Shown here piece by piece: positions 18,340 through 32,029 of a stretch of 64,000 nucleotides of DNA. Made by a program: the position numbers and the translations under genes. The notes beneath the pieces were generated by a model. It saw only the letters and a list, made by a program, of their open reading frames with translations. It had not been told where the DNA came from and did no database searches. This stretch comes from Salpingoeca rosetta (Eukaryota; Protista; Choanoflagellata): the NCBI GenBank assembly GCA_033442325.1, contig JAWQFM010000016.1:1159679-1223678 (forward strand), read 5' to 3'. Positions within the stretch are counted from its first letter, which is position 1; each line of letters begins with the position of its first letter.

Positions 18340-19348
18340 ACCCTTCATCATCATCATCATCATCACCATCACTCACTGATGCCGATGGTGGCGCCCTGTG
18401 CTGCTGTCGACCGGTACGAGTCCACGCGCGCCGCCAGCGCAACCTTCGCCGCCACGAGACGCGCGCACTTGCGGCGAAAGTCCGGCGGCTGGCTCTGCAC
18501 GAGCTCAGAGTAGTAGATGAAGCCCGTGTGCGGCAGCGTCGCCGCGGCAGAAAACCCGGACAGGGACTTCTTCTGCGCGCCAAGCACCAAAATGTTGCAT
18601 GCGGGCATTTTGGAGAGCTTTTCAAGTCCCCCGGCAACACCGAGGAGACGGGCGGCAGTCGACGAGCCGCAGATGTGTGTGAGGTTTGGCGCGAGGAAGA
18701 ACATCTTCGACTCGACGTAGCTGTAGATGCGCGCTTTGTAGTCGTCCAGGCGAAGCAGCATCTCGCACCCTTCGTTCACCTGCCGCAGCTCGTCAGCACT
18801 CAGCTCAACACTGCACAATTCCGTTGCATTGGAGTGGGGGGGGGGGCGGGGCGTGAGTGTGTGTGTGTGTGTGTGTGACAGAGAGAGAGAGAGAGTGTGT
18901 GTGTGTGTGTATGTATGTGTGTGTGTGTGTGTGTGTGTAGAGGCGAAGGACAAAGACTGGGGGAAGCAAATCCGTTGGAGAGAATGTCATTCACTCTACG
19001 GAAAAAAAAACCACACGCTCACACACCACTAGAACTGAAAACGCACCCCTGTGTTGTGGTTGCTGACACGCTGACGATCATGACTGTTGCTGGCGCCAGG
19101 ATCTCGTCCACACCGGCTTGCGTCACATCAAGGTTGTTTTGCAGCAGCTGTCGCAATGGCGGTGGGTCAGTGCAGGGTGGTGGGGTTACGTCGGTTGGTT
19201 CGACGGATGCAAGAAAAATAAAAAAAATAAAATAGAAACAAACAAACAAACAAACAAACAAACAATGTACAAGAGTCGAAGAAACAAACAAAACAGAACA
19301 GAAATGCACACACACTCATACACACAGACACACAGACACACACACACT

Positions 19349-19397
<49 letters not shown>

Positions 19398-20090
19398 ACC
19401 CCTACCTGGACGGTTTTGACGTAGTCAAGGGGTTCTCTGACGAGCTGCTCCAGCTCTGGGAAGCGCTTGGCGTACTTGTCACGGATGTACTTGTGCACCA
19501 CCCCTGATGCATGGTGCAGGAGTGGGACGAGGTGAGTCGAGGAAATGTGGTAGTTGTTGACGGGCGGGGTAAGCAGCTTGGCAAGCACACTGGTGTACAA
19601 CGCAAATGGGACATATATACAACGCACATCACACACACACACACACACACACACAACGAACCGATTTCGTTGTCAATCTCGGCGGTGAGGTTATTGGCCT
19701 CAACAACAAGCTCGTATTCCGGGCTGGAGGAGGCAACGTCAAGCGCTGTGCACAAGTGCGAAAGTGTGCAAACACATGCACGCAAACAGGAAGGGTGAGT
19801 TGGTTGTTGCGGAGCAGCCATGACAAGGCAGAGGAGAGAAGAAGCATCAGCAAGCAATCAACGTTGCGAAGGAGCAAGCAAGATGACATGACAAGTCATA
19901 CTTTGGTCCTTCTTCTTGCCGTATTCCTCAATCTGGGTCATGACGCGTTGCATCTGCAACCCATGTGGGATGGCGAGGTGAGTGCTGAGAGGCCGCATCA
20001 CACCACAGAGTGCAACACGCACACACACACACACACAGTGTCTCTCTCTGTCTTCTTCGTCTGCCCTCCCCTCATTTTCACACAGTCTTT

Positions 20091-20122
<32 letters not shown>

Positions 20123-20599
20123 CCGCACGCACACACGCACACACACTCTCTTTCTCTCTCTGCACCTTTTCACTGTCTGCAAGCTTGGCAATGGCATGAA
20201 CAGAGGACATGTACAAGTCATCCTGCTCTTCCTCTCCGGCCTCAGCAATGTCATCCAGGTCCTCGTCATCATCCATGTCTTCCTCCTCCTTGGGGGCGAC
20301 CTCAGTGTTCTCCTGGACGTGTCACGATGGGAGACGTGTGCAAGAAAGGAAGTTCGTCAGTGCGACGGTTCACATGCACCAGCGAAGAGGGCACATCATC
20401 GCGCAACACACAGGAAGCAACACAATTGACACACACACACACACACATACGCACAATTGATACACAAACACACAGTTGACAGACACACATACACATGCAT
20501 CCACAGCCCCCCCCCCCCACACATACACACCTCAACAATCTCCTCCTCGTCATCGTCGAGGTCCTCCAGGTCAGCGAGCAACGCGTCGTGCAGTGACAT
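17178..20599 (-). CDS. PRPF31: U4/U6 snRNP protein Prp31 (Nop domain), multi-exon
   Basis: MSLHDALLADLEDL start; YELVVEANNLTAEIDNEI; HKYIRDKYAKRFPELEQLV; APNLTHICGSSTAARLLGVAGGLEKLSKMPACNILVLGAQKK; KALPRPDDPYKKRRGGKR; ANRMTFG; SVSFTPMQGLEIV; stop at 17178. Confidence 0.96.
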
Positions 20600-20701
20600 G
20601 GCTGTAGGTGGTGGTGGTGGTGTGGTGCTGCGAACGTTGTTGACAGTATCTCGGCGCAGCAGATGTGTCAATGCATTTTTTGGTGTCGTAATCGACCGAT
20701 C
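20600..20701. promoter_or_regulatory. Putative bidirectional promoter between PRPF31 and the RABGAP1-like gene
   Basis: Divergent ATGs at 20599 (-) and 20702 (+) leave only 102 bp. Confidence 0.55.
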
Positions 20702-23700
20702 ATGATGACAGAGGGCGCTGATTGTGATGATAGTGGCAAAGCAGCAGGGCGAGAGGTGGACGGACAGCAACAGCAGTCGCCACAGCAGTCGCAGCAGTCG
20801 CAGCAGTTGCCACAGCAGTCGCAGCAGCCACGATCAGAGCAGCAGTCGCAGCAATCAAAGAAGAGGCATGGAAACGCGGAGAGTTTGACGGATGATGAAC
20901 GGGAGCAATTGACGGCATCCCATGCCCTGATCGCCTGTACTTTTGGAGGCGCACATCCGTTGGATGCGCCGCAATCCGTGAGCGAGATCACGCGGTGCAC
21001 GCTGCGGGCGTTTGGTGGTGAGCCCTCCACGGGTTCGGCAAGTCGCAGAACATCCAGCGTGCGCACAGACTCGAACATCACGTCGCCGCTCGGCGACCTT
21101 TCCGTGGGCGATGCTGTCCATGAAACAGCCACACAGCAGGTAAAGGAGCGTGCTGATGCTGACCCCCGTGTCACAGACAAGCAAGCAGCAGAAGAAGCAG
21201 AAGTCAAAGTCTCGGCAGATGATGCTGCTGATGATGACGATGACAACGGCAGGGATGTTCATCGTCCTGGTAGTGATGGTGATGGTGATGCTGATGATGA
21301 TGCTGATGTTGTTGACAATGATGACGAGGGGGAGGAAGACGAGGCGGGGATGAGCACGCCACAAAAGCAGCGGAGGCAGCGAGCACAGCAGTCGCTCGAG
21401 TGGATAGGCCAGCCGCTGTCCATCTCGTTTCCTCGGCTGCTCTTCTCCAACATCTTCATTACAGACCGCACCGCAAAGAGGTTCTTCTTCTCCATTCCCC
21501 TCAACCACATCATGTTTGTGTGTCGCCCAGACTGCGCCATGCCGTGCATCAGCATCAGCGTCGATGCAGCGTGGGTCAGGACACACATCCCCGAGACCAT
21601 CGTCGACAGCCCGGCGGCACCGAGTCAGGAATCCATCAGCAGCCCTGGAAAGGCGTCCACGGACATTGCTGGATATGCGCTCGTGTTTCGCCTGTCGACA
21701 GGCGCCGACGTGGACCTTGCCCTCTCCCTCACAAACCGCAGCTTCAGCGACTTTGTCTCATACAACAGTACGTTGTATGTATGCGTGTGTATGAGAGAGA
21801 GTGTGTGTATGAGAGTGTGTACGTGTGCATGTATGTGTGTGTGCGTGTGTGATTGTGTGTGTGTGTAATTGTGTGTGTGTGAGTGCGTGTAATTGTGTGT
21901 GTGTGTGTGTCTGTCAACGGGGGAGAGCAGCCTACAACACGTGTGTGCGGAATGCGTGTGCTGTTCTAATGCTCACATGCATCACGTGCAGAGTTTGTTG
22001 CTGGAGAGCGGCGGGAGGATGGCACGCCATATCCGTGCCCGTTCCAATACCGCGTGGGCATCAGCATCGGCATGGCTGAGCTCGACGCGCGTGGCAACCA
22101 GTTCTTCTGTCCCTTCACAAAGGTAAGATTGGCGCGCGCGTGTGTGTTCATGTATGGGTGGGTGCGTGTTCATGTGTGTGTTCATGTATGTGTGGGTGTG
22201 CGTTCATGTGTGTTCATGTGCGTGTGTGTGTGTGCGTGTGTGTACTTGCGTTTACGTTGTGCGTGTTCATGTTCCTTGTTCGTGCATGTCAAGCCATCTT
22301 TACACCTTCCTCAACCTCGTTTCCACCATACGCAAACCCTCCCCCCATGTCCCCTGCTGCCATCACGAAGGGGGCGTTCAAGACGCGAGCCGAGCGCGAC
22401 CGGCGGATATGGCTGTCGCTGCGGCACCTCAGCCACCAGGACACCAGCCCCTTTGTCAGCGTCGCCAGGGTCGGCATCACCTGCACGGGGCCGTGGCTCG
22501 GTCAGTCACCAGTCTGGTTCACAGCTGGGGTTGGGGGGGGGCTGAAATGGGGTGGGGGGGGGGTTAGATTTTGATGGTGGTGGGAGTGAGGTGGTGAGGG
22601 TTGCGCATTTGCACGTAGGCGTGCCTTGCACTCATTTCACCTTGGTCGCATATGACACACACGTGTGGTCGCTGCCACCATCTGATCTTGCAGACATTGA
22701 AGAGGACGGTGTTACCTGGCTCCAAGAGGTGCGCGCATGCGTACGTGTATGTCTCTGTGTGTATACGTGTGTGTCTGTTTGTCTGTATCACACACACACA
22801 CACACACACACACACTCTCTCTCTCTCTCTTCTCTCTCCGCCTCTGTCGGACTGCGATGTTCCCAGCATCTCAGTGGCACACCTTCCGTCCTTGCTTCCA
22901 ACATTCCAACGCCCAATATTCATCACCCTGCCCCCCCCCCCCCAACACACACACACGCACACGCACACATCACCACCTCCCTGCTGCCAGTGCGACCGGG
23001 ACACGAGCGACCCCAACGCCATCATCACCGCTGTTCGATGGCCCCGCGAACACTCCAGCCTCGCCGTCTCACACGTGCGTGCATGCATGCACAGTTGTGT
23101 TGTGCGCGGCTACGTTGTGTGTTCGTGATTGTGTGGTTGTGTTGTGTGTTCGTGATTGTGTGGTTGTGTTGTGTGTTCGTGATTGCGTGTGTGCATTTGT
23201 CAATGTGCGTCTGACTTTGCATGTGGGTTTATGAGTTCATCGTTCTCGTACCTCCGTTTTCGTGTTGCCATCATCATCATCATCATCATCATCAATCATC
23301 TCACTTGCTCCAGTTCATGCTCGTGCATTGACAGGATTCATCGTGCACCATATCACTGTTTGTTGACATTCACATCCTCGGTGTCCCAAAGACGTTTCGC
23401 TTCACGACAGATGTGCAGGTGCGATGAATGATGAACGCATCCAATGACCCTTGAACCCCACCACTCCAAGCTGTCGCCTGCCAACACTGCATGTCGCGCA
23501 CTCGCCACCTTGCTGCTTCTTTGTCTTTGGTCATGCCTGCATGCATGGTCTTGTTTGCCTGCATGCATTCTTGTCTCCTCAGGCTCGCACGGTGAAGGCT
23601 ACAGACCGCATCTGGGTGCAGGGCAAACGCGAAGCGCTCAAACACGAATATGCGGTGTGTGCGAGTGTGGCTGTGTGTGTGACTGTGTGTGTGTGTGTTG

Positions 23701-24458
23701 TGTGTGACTGTCATTGCATGTGCAATCATGTGTGCAGTTACTGGTTGCAATTGAGCGATTGCTTTATCTCAGCTGCATCATCATCCACACCGCCATGAAC
23801 TCACACACCAATGTCACACGCCATTCGTTCAACATCTCCAATCTCTCCCAACTTCTCCCAACCACCGCCAGCTGTCGTTGGCGTGCCAGCGCGGTGGCCA
23901 CGACATTGACGCCGTGCGTGTGTTGGATCTTGTGGAGCAGCCACGATCCGCAAAGGCATCGTACATCGAACGCCTCAACAAGTCCGTCACAGGCACCCGC
24001 TATTTGGTTTGCTTGTTCTGTGCGTGCGTGTGTGGATGTTGTGTATGTGTGTGTGCGTGCGTATTGTATTGTGTGTATGTGTACGTGTGTGGATGTTGTG
24101 GATGTTGTGTATGTGTGTGTGTGCGCGTGTACGTGTGTGCACGTACTGTCTGCTTCGGCGAATCGCCGTGCACCTCACATTGCACCACCACCACACTCCC
24201 CACCACCTCTGCTTGAACGATGCACACAGGGTCATGAAGACACTCGTGGACACGAAAGGAGAAGACGAAGAGGAGGAGGAGGAGGTTGATGACGATGGTG
24301 ATGATGGCGATGATGATGATGGCGATGGTGATGGCGATGGTGATGGCGATGGTGCAGAGAACGGAGAAACGAAGTCGCGTGTCGTGCTCTCAGGACAGGT
24401 AACGTTGCTACCATCGTTGGTTTTGCTCTCTGGGTTGCTGTTGCTGTTGTTGTTGTTG

Positions 24459-24524
<66 letters not shown>

Positions 24525-27500
24525 GTGCGTGCGTGTGTGTGTGCTTGCTTTGGGATGTTCTTTTCATGCCCATCATCTGTCGCTATCACCAACACCATCC
24601 GTGACACCGCGCCACCCGCCAACACCACCTGACACCGCGCCGCCCGCCAGGGCCACGTGGACCGGACCATGACGGACGATGCGATTGCCATCTGGTCGAA
24701 TGCGATTGTCAAGTGGGAGTCGCTGTCGCCGTCCCGCCTCCTCTATCTCGCCCGCCGCGGAATCCCAGACGTCATGCGCAAGGAGGTGATGATGGTGGTG
24801 GTGGTTATGGTGATGATGATGATAGTGGTGGTGGTGATGATGATGATGGTGGTGGTGATGATGATGATGATGATGATAGTGGTGGTGGTGGTGGTGGTTG
24901 TGGCGTCAGCTGTCGACTTGCTTGCACACGCTAACACGCAGGTGCCCCACCCCACATCCCACATCCGTGCACAACAGGTGTGGATGCGGCTGGCCCAAGC
25001 GCACGACGACGTGTTGGAGGAGCAATACCGCTACTTCCTGACGCAACCGTGTGGTTCTGAAAACGTCATTGAATGGGATTTGGAACGCACGTTTCCTGCC
25101 CATCCACACTTTCAAGAGAAGGACGGGCCTGGCCAGACCCAACTTAGACACTTGGGCCATGTGCGTTTTGAAGAGAGCATGCGGAGGTGGAGAACAGATG
25201 AATGGAATGTTTTTCTTTTTTTCTTTTTTGGGCCGGGGGGGGGGGCTTTGTACTGTGTTGTGGGCGCTGTTGCGATGGCTGGCCTTGCTGCCAAAAGCTA
25301 TTTAGGCTCTTGTTTCTTCACGACCATCTATCTGCCTGCTCACGCGCTCAATACCTGCCTACTTGCTTGCCTGCTTGCCTTCTTGGCATTCCCTTGTGTT
25401 TTTCTTCCATGATTCCCAGGCGTATGCGGTGTTTGATGACGAGATTGGATACGTGCAGGGCCTCTCCTTCATCTCGGCCGTGCTCCTCCTGCATGTAAGC
25501 CGGTGACCCGTCATGATGGGTGATTGGCGATGCTTGGTGGGGCACCACCGCAGTGTTTCTTGAATAGGCTGCTGCGTTTAACCTCAATGGTATCCCCTGC
25601 ACGCGACTCACCACCATGACTATTTCACAGCTGCCCGAGGAAATGGCGTTTCTTGTGCTCGTGAGCATGATGCGTGAGTACGGTGTTCGCGATCTGTACA
25701 AGGAAGGATTCGAGAACCTCAACCTCAGATTCTACCAGGTACTGTTGTTGTCCGTGGACATTTGAGAGAGACGGATTGTGATGGCTGTCATGGTGGTGGT
25801 GGTAGTGGCGATGCGCGCACAGTGTAAACACGCGTTTGCCAGGCCAACAAGGATCACAGCAGCACACTATCGTTCCTGCCCTTTCCCGCGTCTTACATTA
25901 TCGCTGTCACATTTGCAACTGCCACTGCTTGTCGCACTTGTGTGGTGCTTGCATGCAGCTGCGGCGGTTGATGGAGGACAACATCCCCGATGTGCACGCC
26001 CACTTCCAGTCCATGAACCTCGAGGTGCACATGTTTGCGTCACAGTGGTTCCTCACCCTCTACGCAACCAAGGTGCGCGCACGTGTGTGCGTATGTGATA
26101 GCTCGTGATTGGGAATGCGTGCGTGTGTGAGCGCTAGTGATTGACCGTTAGTGATCGTGTGCCTGCTACATTCAGAAGTGTGCGTTGTTGATGAACAAAG
26201 TTCATGCCCTCACCCACGTTACATGTGCGTTCTTGCGTTTCTCGATTGGCGACAGTTTCCGCTGAATCTCGTGTTCCGCATCTTCGACGTCTTCTTCGCT
26301 TCGGTAAAGAACACACATGTAAATGTGTGTATGCACAATTTCACACACATACAAGCACACATTTTTACGCGCATCAGTTCACACACACACACACACACGT
26401 TTTGAACATCATCTTGCGCGTTGTTGGCTGCAGGGCATGAACGCCGTGTTTCAGATTGCAATTGCGCTGTTGAAATTCGTCAAGAAAGGTGAGGTGGCTC
26501 ATTGTCAGTGCTGGTGTGAGAGGAAAAGCAGCAACACTGCAGAAGAAGTGCACATCGGCTCTGGCTGCCAATGAACTGTTGGGTCGAGTACAACACATAA
26601 CACATGCGCACTGCTTCATTCATACATCATTTCATCTCACAACATGCCTCTGACACAAGCCCTCACACCCGTTCACATCTTCTATCTCTCCCTCCGTCTC
26701 TTCCTTCCTTCCTTCCCTCGCTTGCTTCCTTTGTTGTTCGGCCGCTGTCACTGCCCAGACATTATGGCGATGGAGTTTGAGGAAGTGCTGTCGTTCTTCC
26801 GGCACGAACTGCCGCTCCTGTTTTCGGCCGAGGACCAAGTCAACAAACTCATCAACATGTCCGCAAAGATCAAGGTGCTGTGCGAGTGAGCGTGCGTGGG
26901 TATGTGTGTGTGTGCGTGCGTGAGTGTGTGTGCGTGGGTACGTGTGTGCGTGGGTATGTGGGGATGTGTGTGCGTGGACGCGTGATTATACGTACGTGTT
27001 TGCTTGTCCGACTTGTCCTTTGTCTCGCCGCCGACCCTTGATCACAACTTCCGCCCAATCCTGCACGTGTGTGTGCATACTGTGTGTGTGTATTGTACAT
27101 CGCCTTGTGGATGTGTGCGTGTGTTTGCAGGTGACGGCCCACCGCCTTGCGAAATACGAGCGCGACTATTTGGAGGAGAAAGCGCGCGAAATGGAGGCAC
27201 AGGATCCGCTTCAGGTGAGCGAGCAGGGGAGAGGGGGACGAGAACAAGCTGGGGAAGATTGCTTAGGTGGTGGGAGGCCACACACCTGAACGTGTTGATG
27301 TGTGCGTATTCTTGTGTACATTGTATGTGTGCGTGTTATTGTGTATGTTGTGCGTAATCGTGTGTGCCGGTGGTCCAATCCGTTGTGCAATGTGTCCATA
27401 TCTCACCGCCGTCTCTTTGTGACAGTATCTGCGGACGGAGAACGACAAGTTGAAGCAGACAAAGGCGGAGCTTGAGATGGAGAGCGCCAGCTTGACCCAG

Positions 27501-28699
27501 AAGCTCATCGACTTGCAGGTGTGTGTGTGTAAGAAATGGAAGTAGGGATGAAAACGGAAGTGTGTGTGTGTGTGTGTGACCTTCAAACATACATACACAC
27601 ACACACACACTCCCTCTCCCTGACCCGTATCAACTGACGACCATTGTGTTGTGTGCGCAGACGAAAATGAATCGACAGATTGAAGCGCGCGAGAAATCCA
27701 TGGCCCAGCTGCAAGAAAAGAGTGAGTTCACATGCAAACTGCACACACACACACACACGCACACATGCAAACTGCACACACACACACACACGCACACATG
27801 CAAACTGCACACACACACACATTCTCTCTCTCTCTACCCGCAATGCACATTGCCGCGGCTTGCATCACGTCCCCTCACACGTCACGTGCCCACGCAATGC
27901 TGCCCATTGCCCGCAACGGCCAGACGAAACGCTGGCGCTGCATCTGCACCGCGTGAAATCGCACGCGGACACGGAGACGGCGCAGTTGCGGGAGGAAGTG
28001 GTGAACATCAAGGACATGTACAGGGACACGCTCGACAAGGCAGACAGGGAGCGTCTGGAGCTCACGCAGCAGATCAAGCAGGTGAACTGTGGCGGTCACA
28101 TGTGTGTGATTGTGTGATTTCGTGTGTTTGGTGTGCTTATACATGTGCGTGTGCTCGTGCACGCGAAAACGGAATGCGTGCCTGTGCCTGTGTTTGCTTG
28201 TGTCATCGTGATTGCTGTTGGTGCGCACGTGCGAACAAGTGATGCATCTTGTGCATTGCGCCTGTGTTCTCACGTCGTCGTCGTCGTTGTCGTTATATTT
28301 GATCGCCAGATTGAACTGCAGAGGATTGCGGAGAATAAAACCAAGGACAGGCGCATCAATGAGCTTGAAGAGCAGGTGCGTGCGCATGTGTGTGTATGTG
28401 TCTGTCTGTCGACGCATGTGCTCGTGTCAGCACATCAAGTCATCCCTTGTCATGCCGTCGCGCAAAGCAGTGACACATCATACCCCCCTACTTGTGTCAT
28501 TCACCATCATCGCCCCACCACCCTGTTGACCTCATCTTCCCCCTCCCCACCTCCATGCCAGGTGCGCAAGCTGGATGCGGTGGCTGCTGTGTCGACGGCA
28601 ACAGAAGACCTGGTCTCGCTTCAGCGCCGCGTCCACGATCTCGAGGTCGAGCTGGCAGAGACGAAGCTGCAGCTCGTCGAGGCAAACTGCAACACCCAG
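20702..28699 (+). CDS. RABGAP1: RABGAP1/RABGAP1L-like Rab GTPase-activating protein (PTB-like, TBC domain, C-terminal coiled coil); last exon unresolved
   Basis: TBC motifs RRGIPDVMRKE|VWMRLA, IEWDLERTFPAH (R finger), EIGYVQGLSF (Q finger), MFASQWFLTLYATK|FPLNLVFRIFDVF. PTB-like TFGGAHPLDAPQSVSE and FSIPLNHIMFVCR. C-terminal LEVELAETKLQLVEANC resembles the RABGAP1 coiled coil. Confidence 0.88.
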
Positions 28700-28729
28700 G
28701 TGAGGGCGTGGGGTGGTGGCGGCGGTGGT

Positions 28730-28896
28730 GTTGTTGTTGTTTAAGTTGTTGTTTAAGTTGTTGTTGAAGTTGTTGTTTACGTTGTCGTTGTTGTTGTTTA
28801 CGTTGTTGTTGTTGTTGTTAAGTCGTTTAAGTTGTTGTTGTTGTTTAAGTTGTTGTTTAAGTTGTTGTTGTTGTTTAAGTTGTTAAGCTGTTTAAG

Positions 28897-28972
<76 letters not shown>
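28730..28972. repeat. (GTT)n / GTTGTTTAA degenerate microsatellite
   Basis: Directly visible. Confidence 0.9.
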
Positions 28973-28973
<1 letters not shown>

Positions 28974-28983
28974 CTTGAGAGAG

Positions 28984-29039
<56 letters not shown>

Positions 29040-29217
29040 TGAGTGAGTGAGAATGAGAGAGTGTGTGTGCGTGCGTGTGTGAGTGAGAGAAGAAGAAGGG
29101 TACAGCAGCAACGGTGCTGTGTTAACTCTTTCGAACGTGACCTAGCCACACCACAGCGAGGGAACGGAACAAAACAAGACGAGGAACAAAACAAGACAAG
29201 CGCCATCAGCAAAGTCG

Positions 29218-30683
29218 TCACTCCATCTCCTGCAGCTGTAGCATAAGGTCTTCTATGTGTCGTTGATGGTCACGAATCTGGAAGGCGAGGGAGTGAGGGA
29301 GTGTGCGAAGGTGTGTGTGTGTGTGTGTGTGTGTGAGTGTGCGAACATGTGAGTGAGTGTGAAAATGTGTGCATGTGTGTGTATGTGAGTGTGAGTGCCG
29401 GTGTGGAGTGTGCGCGTTTCACTGTGCGTGCAAGTCCACAGCATGTCACCCTCTCCACCGTGAGCAAGTGACATCATCACCTGCGACCACAGCTCCTCGC
29501 GGCCGCCGCGTGTTGATCGCGCGCCGGGTGTGCGCACACCGGGCGAGCGGAACCCAAAGAAGTGGCGACTGCGCGACCGCGAACGAGACCGGGACCTGAA
29601 AACAGTTGAGGTGTGGCGTGGGTGACAGTCATGGTATGACGACGACGACGATCGTGGAGGTGGTAGTGGTGGTGATGGCGAGGATGACCAAGGGGAGAGG
29701 AGGGTAAAGATTCAACCAGTTTCAGTGAAGCGCACAATGGTCGTAGGTTGATCGAGCCAAGTTGGCATCAACGCCCACCACCGAGCACCATGGCTCATGT
29801 GACGCATGATGTGTCACGCATGATGAACTGTGTCCGTACCGTGATCGGGGCGGGTGGAGGAGACGACTCGCAATCGTTCGCGCTGTTTCGTCTGTGCTCG
29901 CTCGACCCTTCATGCTGCACAACACACCATTGCCGTCATCGTGGTGGTGGTGGTGGTGGTGGTGAAGGTGGAGGTGTCTGTGAGTGTGAGTGTGGAAATG
30001 CAGAGTGGCAAGCAGCTGCGATGGGCCGTGTGACAACCCCCACATGTACAACCGACCACAGAACACTTACCAGGACACCAGCAAGTCGATCAACACACAC
30101 ACACACACACACAGATACACACAGACGCATACACACGACAAGGGCGAACGCACTGGCTTGCTGATCTGTTTCGCGCCTCCCACTGATCGGGATCCATCTC
30201 GCCCATCTCCTCCAGCGTGTGCGCGACAGCATGTTGTGCATTGGGGTCGTTGGCGTGCGCAGCAAGCAGGATGTCCTGTTGAAAGGTGGTGATGATGTGA
30301 TATGGTGGAGTGAGTGTGAGTGTGAGAGTGAGTGTGAGAGTGAGTGTGAGAGTGAGTGTGAGAGTGAGTGTGAGTGTGAGTGTGAGAGGGAGAGGGAGAG
30401 GGAGAGGGAGAGTGAGGGTGAGAGTGGGTCAACATGCGAACAGGTACAGACACACACACACACACAGACACACACACACACAGACACACACACACAAAGA
30501 AGCATTGTACCTTGAGGCGAATGTGGTCAACAAAGACGGTGAGCTCGTCATCGCGCCCGTACACCGCCGTCAGCGCAGCCTGCACAGGTTGCACGAAGGC
30601 GTGAGGTGGTTGATGGTGTTGGTGTTGAGGTGCGCAGATACGAACGGACAGAGGCGACAGGCAGAGACGACAGGCAGTACAGA

Positions 30684-30730
<47 letters not shown>

Positions 30731-31557
30731 GCACGCACGCACGCACACGCACGCACACGCACGCACACGCGAACACACACACACACAACAAACAAACAAA
30801 CAAGCACCAACCACACACAAACACACACACACGACTGCGACTGACGTCGTATCCTGATTCGATGATGAACACGAAAACGTTGAGGACGGTTGTGATTCCA
30901 ATGACGCAAAACGCATACAGGTAAATCTGGGCCGTGAGCGCATAGCCGAGATCCGCGTGGCGCTGTAACTCCTGGAACACTGGGGTGTGGTTGTGGTTGT
31001 GGTTGTGGTTGTGGTTGTGGTTGTGGTTGTGGTTGTGGTTGTGGTTGTGGTTGGTGTGGTTTGTGGTTTGGTGAGGGAGGGCTGGAATTGGGTTCGTTGT
31101 GTTTGGCGCAAGCAGATATGCAAGCACTGGGGCACGTATCGTGAAACAGACAGACACCTCCACCACCTCACACACACACAGGCACACGCGCAGTCGTTAC
31201 AAGGGCGACAGCAGCCTTACCCATGAGGATGGAATCGCCATTGAGGAGCGCAAAGAGCGTGGCCGACGCCTTGAAGAAATCGCCAAACAGTTCGTTCTTG
31301 TCGTAGAACAGTGCCACACCCATCACCATAAACGCTGCACAGACGGTGGTGGTGGTGGTGGTGGTGGTGGTGTGAGCGAGTGAAGAGGTGATCAAGGATA
31401 CGCGCTAGCGGTGGAGCGAGCATGCGCATGCACTCTTTCATTGACACGGAAATGCACACACACACACGCACGCACGCACACACGGACACACACACACACA
31501 CGGACACACACACGGACACACACACACACGGACACACACACGGACACACACACACAC

Positions 31558-31607
<50 letters not shown>

Positions 31608-31627
31608 CACACACACGACACACACAC

Positions 31628-31671
<44 letters not shown>

Positions 31672-31930
31672 GTGCAGTACCGATGTAGACTGGGGCGACG
31701 GTGAGGATGAAGCGGGCAACACGACCAATGCTGGCCTTGACTGCAAGGATGAGCATGTACAGCTCAACATTCCACTCCATGTACTTGAGAAGGCTGACCC
31801 ACGCAAGGAACACACCCAGGCCTTGCATTACATCCGCCGGAGACAGGCTGTCTCCATGGATACATATTGTTGGGATGAATGGGGGGAGGAGGGGTGAGCT
31901 GATGATCCATTTGGAGCTCTGCATCCGCGC

Positions 31931-32029
<99 letters not shown>

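Noticed and set aside
30985-31050. (GTGGTT)n as an interstitial telomeric repeat
   Set aside because: Not TTAGGG; one of many intronic hexamer microsatellites.
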